Made by a program: the position numbers and the translations under genes. A stretch of 64,000 bases of DNA, from the NCBI RefSeq assembly GCF_003991155.1, contig NZ_CP031294.1; one strand, given 5' to 3'. Below are positions 28,341 to 38,145 of this stretch, piece after piece. The DNA comes from Escherichia coli. GTDB taxonomy: Bacteria > Pseudomonadota > Gammaproteobacteria > Enterobacterales > Enterobacteriaceae. Each line of letters begins with the position of its first letter. Position 1 is the first letter of the stretch. Under the pieces are notes generated by a model. The model saw only the letters and a program-made list of their open reading frames with translations. It was not told the DNA's origin and ran no database searches.

Positions 28341-29915
28341 TCACTCGTTCTCTTGAGTAGATGAGTCCCCATTCCCTCGGGGTTGATCTTGCCCGCTTTC
28401 TTGGGCTGCACCACGATCATAAGTAAGTACTGACTTATTTTCAAGGGTATTTAGATCATTTTTTGGAGGAAAATTCAAGAGATCTTTATCAAATTCCTTT
28501 TTCATCGCCTCAGTAATGTTCGGGAAAATCTTCTCAATAAGCATTTCCATCTGGTGACGACGTACAGAGTCCGGTGCCTGAAGTAATGACAGTTTCTCGG
28601 CAACAGAAAATTCATCAGTAAGGCCACGAATATCGAAACTTTCTGGATATGCAATTAAAGAGTGGTCTTCGTCCAGATCTACCCCCATCCATTTCGCAAC
28701 CAGTAGCATGATTTGGCGTTCAGCCCTTTCCAGACGCTCTGCTTTTGTGACAAGCAAGCTATTTACACGCTGGAAGTCATACATTTTTGCGGCACCAGAT
28801 GAATTATCGATTCCCTGTGCGTTGTCCTGCTTCGTTCGCTCACCAGCTACACCAACTGAATGGTAGATTTCGTTAATCACCGTCTTAATCGTAGTGATGA
28901 TCATCTGAGCTTGTTTCGGGTCTGGTGACAGATAAAACGGCTGGTTTCCACCTTCAGAATCGTAGGTGAAGACTCGCTTTGTGCCCATTTCAAGCACTTT
29001 AGTGTGGTTTTCATCACCAGGTAAAAGCGACTGTACCGGTATAGCCAACTGGCTAAATGTCTGATCCTGAATAATGGCATCAAGGTTTGACAGATAGTTT
29101 GCAACCGCACGATCAAGATAAGCGATATCATCGATCAACGATGGGCTGAAATACGGTGATTCACTTTCTCCAATACAATCAACAGGAAACACAGGAACTA
29201 CGCCGAGATTATGCTCACCGCTATCCTCTAAAATAACTTTTGCCTGACGGCGACCTGCTCCACCAGCGCCCTTCTTCACTTCCTCACGGAACAGATACCA
29301 CTCGTTTTGTGTCCACAGACGATAACGTTGGTATTCCTGACCTGTAGAAGTAAAAGGATCTGCGTCATCACGAGCGACTTCCACAATTAACGCCCACAAC
29401 ATATTCCCGTCGTCGTCCCATGCCACATCCAGCATTTGCTGAGGTGAAATCCAGTAGGCGTAGGCGCGAGCATCTTTCTTTTTCTCGTCAGCTACTGACT
29501 CAACATCACCACTCATCGTGCTATCGACAACAACCCATATGCGACCGTAAATAGACGACTGCAAATCAATAGCGGCCATAAATGAGTCAATAGAGGCATT
29601 CTGGCGAGTCGCACGTTTCCAGAAATTGCGGATCTGCTCTGGTGCCTCTTCGATATTTCTATGAATGTCTTCTTTAAAGAGATATTTGTTGATGAGGTTT
29701 ACCACCTCACGAGTGTGGTTGAAGCGATAAGCACGTTCAACTCGCTCCTTAAACTCCTGATCTCCCTCTTTAAAGTAACGAAAGATATTGTCTGTAAACC
29801 AACCACGCCCGCCAGCGTAAGTGCTGGCGAGGAAGTCCCAATGTTCTTTTTTCTTTTCGTATTCCGGGTGGCGTCGCGCCACCAGATCCTTAATTTGTTT
29901 GTCGTTCAATTCCAT
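28341..29915 (-). CDS. portal protein
   Basis: 524 aa, immediately downstream of large terminase. Confidence 0.7.
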   Translation of the reverse strand: MELNDKQIKDLVARRHPEYEKKKEHWDFLASTYAGGRGWFTDNIFRYFKEGDQEFKERVERAYRFNHTREVVNLINKYLFKEDIHRNIEEAPEQIRNFWKRATRQNASIDSFMAAIDLQSSIYGRIWVVVDSTMSGDVESVADEKKKDARAYAYWISPQQMLDVAWDDDGNMLWALIVEVARDDADPFTSTGQEYQRYRLWTQNEWYLFREEVKKGAGGAGRRQAKVILEDSGEHNLGVVPVFPVDCIGESESPYFSPSLIDDIAYLDRAVANYLSNLDAIIQDQTFSQLAIPVQSLLPGDENHTKVLEMGTKRVFTYDSEGGNQPFYLSPDPKQAQMIITTIKTVINEIYHSVGVAGERTKQDNAQGIDNSSGAAKMYDFQRVNSLLVTKAERLERAERQIMLLVAKWMGVDLDEDHSLIAYPESFDIRGLTDEFSVAEKLSLLQAPDSVRRHQMEMLIEKIFPNITEAMKKEFDKDLLNFPPKNDLNTLENKSVLTYDRGAAQESGQDQPRGNGDSSTQENE

Positions 29916-29928
29916 TTGAATAACCTTA

Positions 29929-29946
29929 GATAATTACTTACCTATC
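29929..29946. promoter_or_regulatory. family-1 motif GATAATTACTTACCTATC between terminase stop and portal start
   Basis: Read directly. Confidence 0.5.
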
Positions 29947-31198
29947 GAGAACCACCAAGAATAACACGGTTTTTGACTGGATACCTACGATGTACTGGAT
30001 AGCCCAATGCGTCTGCACTATGCTCAATGCCACCTGTCTTATCCATATCTCGTGTTCCAGGCTTGTAGATGACTTTTTCCAGTGAATCAATCAAATGCTT
30101 GCACTTCGGATCGATATACAGCCGGATATCTCCAGATGCGGTCATCAGCATTCGGTTAACAGCATTAACACGATCCGCAATTGGCGGGTGCTTTTTCGAA
30201 TAATCGACACGTAAGAATCCCTTCTCTTTGAATATGTCGACGTCAGACTCCCCGCGAGCATGTTGGCGATAAGCACCTGCCGGATCTGGAAATACCGTTA
30301 TCTGTGATTTCCAGCGCCAGAAGCGTCTCTCAAGCTCATCACAAACCTCTGCCGTGTTAGAGGAAAAGAGCACCAATTCATCAATTGCCCATAGCTCACC
30401 ATTTGGCTGAGGTTGCAAAATTACTGAAGACATCGGGTCAATGTTGAAGTCCTGCCCTACCCATATAGGCAACCGAGGGTTGAACTGAAGCGGTTTTACA
30501 TGCACGTTACGATCGAACGGGTAGTAAACGCGCCCGGACATGTTCTCAAAGCTCGCCAGGTACTCCTGAGCGAACGATTTCGGGTCCATATCGTTCTTAG
30601 CAGCTTCAATTTCCGCCGTAGGTACAAACGGAGAATCGGCAGTTACAAACTGCCAGCTCTTCCACTGTCCCTTTCTTTGCAGCTCTACGTTCTGGCCTAT
30701 AGTCCACAGTTTGTGAAATTCCGAGAAGCCTTTTGGCGTACCAATGATCAGTGCACCGCCGCGTGTCGATGAAAGAGTAGGTCGTAACACCTTGTACCAG
30801 GTGTCAGCCTTCATATCCTGAAATTCATCAAGCACTACAAAATGCAACGCTACGCCGCGCAGAGTGTCAGGCTTATCAGCACCTTTGAGGGCGATCTCCG
30901 AACCGTTCTTCAACACGATTGTCATCGTGGTGTCGTTCTTTTTCCTAACCCACTTACGAGGCAGAACTTCCTGTAGATCGTCCCACAAAATCTGGCGAGC
31001 CATCTGGTAAGTAGGAGCGACATACCAGACTCTTTGCTTTTTTTCCTTTGCCGCCGCACGAATAATAGTGGAGATCGACAACCGGGATTTTCCCCAGCGT
31101 CGACCAGCACAAACAACTTTAAATCGATGCGGAGACTGGAAGACTTTCATCTGTCCAGAATGCAGTTGCACAAGACTGAGCGAGGACGGGATTGCCAT
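29942..31198 (-). CDS. terminase large subunit
   Basis: Walker A CAGRRWGKS, Walker B-like VVLDEFQ, C-terminal nuclease-like region; upstream of portal. Confidence 0.8.
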   Translation of the reverse strand: MAIPSSLSLVQLHSGQMKVFQSPHRFKVVCAGRRWGKSRLSISTIIRAAAKEKKQRVWYVAPTYQMARQILWDDLQEVLPRKWVRKKNDTTMTIVLKNGSEIALKGADKPDTLRGVALHFVVLDEFQDMKADTWYKVLRPTLSSTRGGALIIGTPKGFSEFHKLWTIGQNVELQRKGQWKSWQFVTADSPFVPTAEIEAAKNDMDPKSFAQEYLASFENMSGRVYYPFDRNVHVKPLQFNPRLPIWVGQDFNIDPMSSVILQPQPNGELWAIDELVLFSSNTAEVCDELERRFWRWKSQITVFPDPAGAYRQHARGESDVDIFKEKGFLRVDYSKKHPPIADRVNAVNRMLMTASGDIRLYIDPKCKHLIDSLEKVIYKPGTRDMDKTGGIEHSADALGYPVHRRYPVKNRVILGGSR

Positions 31199-31830
31199 TA
31201 TTCGTCCTCCCCTTCACTTCCATCATCTGTCGCATCAAATTCGCTTAGAGCTTCTTCTTCCAACGTCTCAAGCAATTCGTCATCGATGATTTCAGGCTCG
31301 TCGTCTTCCTGACGTAATTTCGCCACCTGGGAAGGCGTAAGCTCACCAAATACCAGGTTCGGAATTTCTTCCTCGTCATTTTCCGCATGATCCATGCCCA
31401 ATGCTTTGGACGAAACTTCAAAGCATTTTGCAAGGGTATTACTGGCTCTCTGTAAGCTCTTGAGAGAATCCTCAATCGCCCCTAAAGGCTTACCCTCACG
31501 TTTGGCCGTAGTGACTTCGACCATCACCATCTGCCCCAACGCATACGCCCAGCCGTCATAACGTGTACGACGTTCTTCTATCTTTTCCGCACGGGCTTTA
31601 GCGCGAAGCTCTGCGTCAGATTTAAGAGACTCACGAACCATCTTCCCAACAGAGTCCGCGCCTTTCTCTAATCCTCGCTTTTTGAAATGTCTGGAGAGTG
31701 TTTCACGACGAATGCCGTACTCTTCCTCCAGCTTTGAGAGTGTATATTCGCCTGACGTCCATTTGGCTTCAGCTTCGGCCCACTCCGCTGGTGTCAGGCG
31801 AGTTTTTACCTCGTCTTTTTCGACCGTCAT
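31198..31830 (-). CDS. terminase small subunit candidate (HTH, acidic C-terminus)
   Basis: 210 aa, start of terminase large subunit overlaps its stop; N-terminal HTH-like segment. Confidence 0.5.
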   Translation of the reverse strand: MTVEKDEVKTRLTPAEWAEAEAKWTSGEYTLSKLEEEYGIRRETLSRHFKKRGLEKGADSVGKMVRESLKSDAELRAKARAEKIEERRTRYDGWAYALGQMVMVEVTTAKREGKPLGAIEDSLKSLQRASNTLAKCFEVSSKALGMDHAENDEEEIPNLVFGELTPSQVAKLRQEDDEPEIIDDELLETLEEEALSEFDATDDGSEGEDE

Positions 31831-31925
31831 AGATCCCTCTAAAACACACAGAGCGCGTCCATGCGCTCTAAAACAACTTGTTTACTGCATCTGCTAACCA
31901 ACTTGTTTTCTGGGGTGTTTAATTA

Positions 31926-31993
31926 GGTCTGGCATGTCTTACGAAGCCTGCTTCCGTATATATTTAATAAGTTACTTATTATTTATATATACA
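31926..31993. repeat. long imperfect palindrome (gcctgcttccgtatat-AT-rich core-atatacagatgcagg), copy 1 of 2
   Basis: Read directly; second copy with same arms at 62229-62289. Confidence 0.7.
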
Positions 31994-32025
31994 GATGCAG
32001 GTCTTTAAATAAGCTCCCAGACCGA

Positions 32026-32292
32026 TTACATCACCAGTAACTTCGCTTTGGCTCGACCTAAAGTGGTTAACCCAAGAGTCCGGCGGTGATAGCGATTGTC
32101 ACTGCGTTGGCGCGTATGCCCTTTCTCCACCAGCCCCTTTTTTATCAGAGCGCGAATTGAGAACTGGATACTTTGCTTGGTTGTCTTGTACGGCAAAACT
32201 TCAAGCAATTCGTCCAGGTCAAGTAGATGACCTCGCTCATAACCGAGATTGAGCGTTTTGATGATGTCCTTTTGTTTGTCGGTTAACGTCAT
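32026..32292 (-). CDS. small winged-helix/HTH-like DNA-binding protein
   Basis: 88 aa basic protein, last gene of the ParB/ABC/GNAT operon. Confidence 0.4.
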   Translation of the reverse strand: MTLTDKQKDIIKTLNLGYERGHLLDLDELLEVLPYKTTKQSIQFSIRALIKKGLVEKGHTRQRSDNRYHRRTLGLTTLGRAKAKLLVM

Positions 32293-32301
32293 GGCAAATC
32301 C

Positions 32302-33192
32302 TTATGCCGGTAAAGCAATTTCTAACGGTTTATCCAAAGGTTGTTTGTCGAATGCCAGCAGTGGCAGCGTGTCAGGCAGTCGACGGCCAAAGTCAGGGTT
32401 TCGGTACACACCATACAACGGAGACGTAAAGCTCAGGTTGTGAATGTCCTTGAGCAGCTTCACAATGCTGGCCTCGTCCACCAGACTGTCGGCAATGTCC
32501 TGAATCGTCGTGCCACGATTCCGCCCAGCTTTTGCCAGGGAACTGTTCTTATGGTAGTCCGCCACCAAATCGCGCAGCGCACGGCGACGACGAGACTCGC
32601 TCATAGCGAACAACTCTTTGACGATCGCCTCGTTATCACCCGGGTCGGAGCGGAAATGGCGCTGGAACACACGCAGTGCACTTTCATAGCTCTTCGGTCG
32701 CTCAGGGCGGATGAACTTAAACCCTGCTTTCATGGCGAAGGGATTGTATTTGCTCATCGAGGACTGGATCTCAATGATTGGCCGGTCATGCATCCTGCTA
32801 ACCAGGTTAATCATTCTATAAGAGACGCCTACGCCACGATACTGAGTATCCACAACTGAGCGACTGATCACCGCAAAGTTGTTATTCACGTACCGACCCC
32901 AGTACTGGTTAGCCACGGTGGTATTAGTGGTTGGTTTCAACTTAGGAAACATGCGGTGGCGAGGTGCCAACAGTAGTTTCGGGTAAGCCATAACCACGAC
33001 GCCCACCAGACGGTCATCAAGTTCGCAGCGATAGTAAGTTGGCGCGAAAGGTTTGCCGTCTGTTTTGTAGTGAAGCGACTTAAGAGCGTGCCAGTCCTCT
33101 ACAGTTCCCTTTGTAACAGTCATTCGCTCCAGAAAGTCCAGATGACGCGGAAACTCTTCAGGGCGGTAGCGTTTAATGATGATGTCCGTCAT
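32302..33192 (-). CDS. GNAT-like acyltransferase-domain protein (tentative)
   Basis: 296 aa; central QYRGVGVSYRMINLV resembles GNAT acetyl-CoA motif A, followed by KAGFKFI. Confidence 0.35.
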   Translation of the reverse strand: MTDIIIKRYRPEEFPRHLDFLERMTVTKGTVEDWHALKSLHYKTDGKPFAPTYYRCELDDRLVGVVVMAYPKLLLAPRHRMFPKLKPTTNTTVANQYWGRYVNNNFAVISRSVVDTQYRGVGVSYRMINLVSRMHDRPIIEIQSSMSKYNPFAMKAGFKFIRPERPKSYESALRVFQRHFRSDPGDNEAIVKELFAMSESRRRRALRDLVADYHKNSSLAKAGRNRGTTIQDIADSLVDEASIVKLLKDIHNLSFTSPLYGVYRNPDFGRRLPDTLPLLAFDKQPLDKPLEIALPA

Positions 33193-33854
33193 GAATGGAC
33201 CTCATCATGACTACCATTGTGATATTCCACCTTCACGCGTTCTTTGTAGTGCTTGGTGATCTGCATATCAGGGCGCAGCGCGTTCTTCAGGTCTTCGTGA
33301 GTCGTCGCCACCATTACCGTCGCACCAACCTTTCGAGCGGCACGCTGGAGGTTAGACGCCACAACCTGAGCGGTTACACGGTCGAGAACAGCGCCGAACT
33401 CGTCAGCAGCCCATACTTTAGCGCCTGACTCAATCAGTTTGGCAATCTTGAGACGATATTTCTGGCCGTCTGACATTTCAGAAGGCTTGCGAACAAACAG
33501 ATATGCATCGTTCAGACCAGCCATAGATAACAACCCAAGCGCATCACTGGTCGTTTTGCCCAACTGATCGATGACGTTAACCTCATTATCGAAGGTAAAA
33601 TCATCGATGGAGGCTACAGACAGCCCTTCATCCTTCATCTGTCGTTGCAACTCGCGCAGCACAACGGATTTGCCGGAACCGGATTGGCCGGTGATGTACA
33701 CCACATCGCCCTGCTTCACTTCCAGCTCCAGATTGTCGTAAAGCGTCCACTCTTTTTCGTCCAGGCCAAGCCCGAACGACTCAGCGATTTCCAACGTGCG
33801 CGTGGTTTTATTTACGCGTGTCTGAAACGATACGTTGATGATGTATTTGCTCAT
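33189..33854 (-). CDS. small ABC-type ATPase (nucleotide-binding domain only)
   Basis: Walker A GQSGSGKS, ABC signature LSDGQKYR, Walker B VWAADEFGAVLD, H-loop TTHE. Confidence 0.7.
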   Translation of the reverse strand: MSKYIINVSFQTRVNKTTRTLEIAESFGLGLDEKEWTLYDNLELEVKQGDVVYITGQSGSGKSVVLRELQRQMKDEGLSVASIDDFTFDNEVNVIDQLGKTTSDALGLLSMAGLNDAYLFVRKPSEMSDGQKYRLKIAKLIESGAKVWAADEFGAVLDRVTAQVVASNLQRAARKVGATVMVATTHEDLKNALRPDMQITKHYKERVKVEYHNGSHDEVHS

Positions 33855-34519
33855 GCAGCCATCTCCCCGGAAGAGATCTTCTCCGCATATGCCACAAATG
33901 CGTCTACCCCGCTTTCTCCCGTCATTTCTTCCATATGGGCAAGCAAATCACCAACAACAATGGCAGAGCCAGCAGGGAGCGTTTTAAAGCCCAATACGTC
34001 GACAACACGTACTTCTTCCGCTGCAACTTCACGACTGATCTCGGTGTGTTCATCCTTCTGTCGTTTAGTTTCTTCGCCAAGATCGATAACTAGCGAGTCG
34101 GTGTCCATTTCTTCTGTCATACTGCCAACGAGAACATTCAACTCACGCTCTTCAAAGCCGAAAACCTCGATATCGTCCAGAACAAGCGACTCAAGCTCTT
34201 TCTGTAGCTTAATTGCATCGTAATCAATGCTGGCAAGTCGGTTATCTTCAAGGCGCTTCGCACGAACCTCGTCATCACTGAGATCATCGCGAACAATAAC
34301 CGGTACGCGCTCAAGTCCAGCAAAAATTGCAGCCTCACGGCGGCCGTGGCCAGTAATAATTACGTCGTTCTTATCGACCGTAATTGGCTGGTCAAATCCG
34401 CGCTTTTTAATGGCTGCGGCTAGATCTCGGATCTGCTGTTCATCATGCTTTTTGGCATTCATCTCATAGGGAATAAGATCTGCCGGGTCGCGATATACGA
34501 TTTCAAACTTTTTGGTCAT
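33851..34519 (-). CDS. ParB/Srx-fold domain protein 2
   Basis: Start at ATG overlapping upstream stop (TAATG); ParB N-domain-like QPITVDKNDVIITGHGRREAAIFAGLERVPVIV. Confidence 0.65.
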   Translation of the reverse strand: MTKKFEIVYRDPADLIPYEMNAKKHDEQQIRDLAAAIKKRGFDQPITVDKNDVIITGHGRREAAIFAGLERVPVIVRDDLSDDEVRAKRLEDNRLASIDYDAIKLQKELESLVLDDIEVFGFEERELNVLVGSMTEEMDTDSLVIDLGEETKRQKDEHTEISREVAAEEVRVVDVLGFKTLPAGSAIVVGDLLAHMEEMTGESGVDAFVAYAEKISSGEMAA

Positions 34520-35217
34520 TACATACGCTCCTTGTAGTAGTCGACCAGCCACACCAGAGCCTCACCAGCGTTCTCCATTTCATTACCGGTGTTAATAGCC
34601 TGCTCTTTGATGATGTTTTTTATGGTTTCTGCAACACGATCTGACGCATCGAAAGTTACTTTGAAGCGCATGGTCTGATGTTCCGCACCCACACGTTCGG
34701 TTTTCTCTCGTTTGTCGGTATCGACAGGCTCATCACTACCACGAGACAACGCCTCCAGTGCTTCAAGGTCGATTGCCGCCTCTTTTGCTAAAACCATCGA
34801 GATTTCGTCGTCATACGGAGCGATTTCAGACAGTTGATAGTCAAGTTCTGACTGAATTTCTTCAATGAAGCGTTGCAATGCGATTTGGTCGTCTTCACCG
34901 TATCGCTCGTTGTCCACCAGTGACATCTGTTTAGCTACGACATCGCTAATTTTGCCCACAGAAAGCACCGGAACCGTTGAAATTCCTTGCTCAATAGCAG
35001 CACGCCAGCGATGTTCGCCGCCGAGGATTTCAAAAAATCCATCTTCAAGTTCACGAGCCAAAATTGGCTTAAAAAAGCCCAATTTTTCGATAGAACCTTT
35101 CAGTTTTTCAAAATTCTGCGCACCAACCGAATTGGTGTTCCAGGTATTCGGGCGAAGGTTGGCAACATCAACCTGCAAAATCGTGATTTTTACATCCATT
35201 TTATTGCTACAATCCAC
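34519..35217 (-). CDS. ParB/Srx-fold domain protein 1
   Basis: ParB N-domain-like segment FEILGGEHRWRAAIEQGISTVPV. Confidence 0.65.
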   Translation of the reverse strand: MDCSNKMDVKITILQVDVANLRPNTWNTNSVGAQNFEKLKGSIEKLGFFKPILARELEDGFFEILGGEHRWRAAIEQGISTVPVLSVGKISDVVAKQMSLVDNERYGEDDQIALQRFIEEIQSELDYQLSEIAPYDDEISMVLAKEAAIDLEALEALSRGSDEPVDTDKREKTERVGAEHQTMRFKVTFDASDRVAETIKNIIKEQAINTGNEMENAGEALVWLVDYYKERM

Positions 35218-35281
35218 TAAGTAATCACTTACTTATTATAATAGCCAAATAACATACAAAAGGCACTAAGGAAAGAGGTTT

Positions 35282-36841
35282 ATGACTGTTCGGATTGTAT
35301 CTAACGCAGTAAATGCGCTTATTTCTGGCGCAGATGACAAGGTAAAGCAACTGGTGCAGCAAATGTTGAGCTACGAAGTCGAGACTGGCGACTGGAAGGG
35401 CACAAGCACGATGTTCAACTGGAGTAAAAACTCGTTCCCTGCTGGCTTTGCCAAGCCTGTAGCGGCGAACTTGAACAAGGCGGGCATCAAATGTGTTCAT
35501 ATCCGCAAAGACAAAGCCCCGGCGCTTGGTAAACCAAATCCTGCGGTTAACCCATTCCCATACAATCCTGATTATGCGTATCAGGATCAGACTGTGGAAA
35601 CACTGGTTCGAGAGGGAATGATGATTGCGCAGATCGCTACTGGTGGCGGGAAATCTAACGTTGCCTGCAAAGCAGCTGCACGTATCGGTCGAATGACATT
35701 ATTTTTAACAACCCGCTCTGTTCTGATGTTTCAAATGGCCGAAAACTTCCAGAGATCCATCGACTACCGCGCCGAAAATGGCGAACCGTGGTTAAAAGAC
35801 CAAAAGGTTGGAGTCATTGGCTCGGGTGAGTTCCAGGTATCACGACATATCAACGTCGCTACAGTTCAAACTCTTGCAAGTTTCCTCGAAGAACCACCAC
35901 GCGATGCAACACCAGATAAGAAAAGCTACCACCTCAAACGTCGGGAGTTGGTGAAACGCTTCCTTTCAAGTGTCTCTCTTCTTATTCTGGAAGAGGCGCA
36001 TGAGTCTTCAGGCTCAAATTTCTATGACATCGCCAGATTATGTGTGAACGCAGACTATCGTCTGGCGCTTACAGCCACGCCGTTCATGAAGGATTCGACG
36101 GAAGCCAACATGCGCCTGATGGCGGTGGCCGGGCGAATTGAAATTAAAGTCACAGAAAAGTACCTGATTGATCGAGGCATTCTGGCAAAGCCGTACTTCC
36201 TTTATCATAAAGTTGCCTACAAGCCAGACGAGGCCAGAATCAAGGCCGAACTTGCCAACAAACACCTCAATTTTAGAGTTGGTATGAGCACCGCCTACCA
36301 AAAGGCTTATCAGTTGGGGATCGTGTATAATTTGGGACGTAACGAGGCCATAGTGCGCGAGGCATTGCTTTATAAGCAACATTCACTCAACTGCATGACT
36401 CTGGTTCGTCTTAAACGCCACGGGCAAATCCTGATGGAGATGATGAAGGAGTCAGGTCTTAAAGTTGATTTCATCTATGGGGAATCTAACCAGACGACAA
36501 GGCAAGCAAAGCTGAATAGTTTAGCGTCTGGTGAAATAGATGTTTTAATAGGCTCGACTATTCTGGATGTTGGTGTTGATGTGCCAAGCGTTGGTGCGGT
36601 CATTCTTGCTGGTGGTGGGAAAGCAGAAGTTGAAATGAGACAGCGTGTCGGTCGTGGCTTACGAGCCAAAAAAAATCAGGCAAACGTGTGTTTTATCACC
36701 GATTTCATTGACATTAGCAACAAATACCTGTTGTCTCACTCTTATGAGCGAAAACACATCATCGACACCACACCTGGCTTTGCAGAAGGTGTATTGCCTA
36801 TTGATGGAGCATTCGATTTTGGAGTTCTGAAACGAGATTAG
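35282..36841 (+). CDS. superfamily 2 helicase (DEAD/DEAH-like, ResIII-type)
   Basis: Walker A ATGGGKS, motif II LILEEAH, motif III LTATP, motif VI QRVGRGLR. Confidence 0.85.
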   Translation: MTVRIVSNAVNALISGADDKVKQLVQQMLSYEVETGDWKGTSTMFNWSKNSFPAGFAKPVAANLNKAGIKCVHIRKDKAPALGKPNPAVNPFPYNPDYAYQDQTVETLVREGMMIAQIATGGGKSNVACKAAARIGRMTLFLTTRSVLMFQMAENFQRSIDYRAENGEPWLKDQKVGVIGSGEFQVSRHINVATVQTLASFLEEPPRDATPDKKSYHLKRRELVKRFLSSVSLLILEEAHESSGSNFYDIARLCVNADYRLALTATPFMKDSTEANMRLMAVAGRIEIKVTEKYLIDRGILAKPYFLYHKVAYKPDEARIKAELANKHLNFRVGMSTAYQKAYQLGIVYNLGRNEAIVREALLYKQHSLNCMTLVRLKRHGQILMEMMKESGLKVDFIYGESNQTTRQAKLNSLASGEIDVLIGSTILDVGVDVPSVGAVILAGGGKAEVEMRQRVGRGLRAKKNQANVCFITDFIDISNKYLLSHSYERKHIIDTTPGFAEGVLPIDGAFDFGVLKRD

Positions 36842-36843
36842 TT

Positions 36844-37122
36844 ATGAGTGAAAAGAAAACAACTTACTGTCAGGTAGCATTGTCTGATAAGGCCAATGAC
36901 AAACTTGGAAAGTTTCAAGTGAAACTAAAAGAAAAAAATATCAAAATGTCTAAGGCTGAAGTCATAAATACCATTCTGGAACAATTGACAATGGCCGACT
37001 TTGACAAGGTTATATCTTCTGTCGGGGCTTCCGCTAAGACTCGTGAGAAAATCATGCGTATCTATGAGAACTCTAATATGACAAAGGAAGATCTCAAAAC
37101 GCTATTAAGCAGATTAAAATAA
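36844..37122 (+). CDS. small protein, possible ribbon-helix-helix DNA-binding protein
   Basis: 92 aa, start 3 nt after helicase stop (coupled); RHH assignment tentative. Confidence 0.4.
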   Translation: MSEKKTTYCQVALSDKANDKLGKFQVKLKEKNIKMSKAEVINTILEQLTMADFDKVISSVGASAKTREKIMRIYENSNMTKEDLKTLLSRLK

Positions 37123-37148
37123 TCACGCTATCAATTAGGGAGACAAAG

Positions 37149-37613
37149 ATGAAGTCTCCCATACTGTTCACTTTCTGTTCTAAAACTATCATGAAATACT
37201 CGCTTCTCCCTCTACTAACGTTACCAGTGTTGATGCTTGCCGCGTGCCAATCACACCCAATATCAATCCATGACGCCAAACCAGCACCGCAGGCCAAAGT
37301 GTTCAAGTATCAAAGCGCAGCGCCAGCTACGTTGGTGGTAATGAGAGACACAGGTTTTGTAGGAGCTGGATGTGATGCTTCCATTTTCATCAACGGCGAA
37401 ACTGTCGCAAAACTGGCTACAGGCGAAAAAGCGACTTTCCATTTAAATGCCGGAGAATTAATTGTGGGTGCATCTCTTGAAGGTGCAGGTTTATGTGCTC
37501 TAAACCCCGCTCGTCAAGAGCGAGAAACGACTCTGAAGAATGGAGACACAAAAGCGTTCAGGGTGTTTACCAGCAATTCTGGTGACATCGACATTCTGCC
37601 AACAACTCTGTGA
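37149..37613 (+). CDS. putative lipoprotein
   Basis: Signal peptide with lipobox-like LAAC (MKYSLLPLLTLPVLMLAAC). Confidence 0.55.
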   Translation: MKSPILFTFCSKTIMKYSLLPLLTLPVLMLAACQSHPISIHDAKPAPQAKVFKYQSAAPATLVVMRDTGFVGAGCDASIFINGETVAKLATGEKATFHLNAGELIVGASLEGAGLCALNPARQERETTLKNGDTKAFRVFTSNSGDIDILPTTL

Positions 37614-37617
37614 TGAC

Positions 37618-38142
37618 ATGACAACCAAAGATATTACCTACGGTATCCAAGCTGAACTCTGGCCGCGAGATTACACTAACGTTGAAAAACTACTGATGTT
37701 CTGGCGCAGAGAACAAATTCCTGTAAGGGTCACTCTCGAAGATGGCCAGGCGTTTTGCATGTACGTTTATGGCCTCATGCCATCTCGTAACAAAGTTGAC
37801 CTTTGCCCAGCCCCTTTTGACAAAGAAAATCGTATAAGGCTCCCACTTGAACGCATTAGTACAATTGAATCAGGTGTGGTTGACAGTATCGCTCACGATT
37901 TCAAAGGTCGACTAACAGTTCACCCTGATTATGTCGATAATCGGCCATCACGCCGCGATTTTTTTGCAATTTGCAACCAAGCCTACAAAGCAAACAAATC
38001 TATAAGGGTGTACATGGCGGATGGCCGTGAAATTGAGGGGGTGTCAGCAGGCGCAGATGCTTGTCAGGTTACACTACGTGTCGAGAACGGTAGAAAAATA
38101 GTTGTTTTGTTCGATTGGGTTGAACGAATTTTGCCTTTTTGA
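37618..38142 (+). CDS. hypothetical protein
   Basis: Start set at in-frame ATG just after upstream stop; ORF track 37540..38142. Confidence 0.4.
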   Translation: MTTKDITYGIQAELWPRDYTNVEKLLMFWRREQIPVRVTLEDGQAFCMYVYGLMPSRNKVDLCPAPFDKENRIRLPLERISTIESGVVDSIAHDFKGRLTVHPDYVDNRPSRRDFFAICNQAYKANKSIRVYMADGREIEGVSAGADACQVTLRVENGRKIVVLFDWVERILPF

Positions 38143-38145
38143 GTT

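Noticed and set aside
31926-31993. Interpretation of the long palindromes as protelomerase (telRL-type) target sites
   Set aside because: Palindromes are imperfect, AT-cored, present in two direct copies and no protelomerase gene is seen; kept only as an unexplained repeat.
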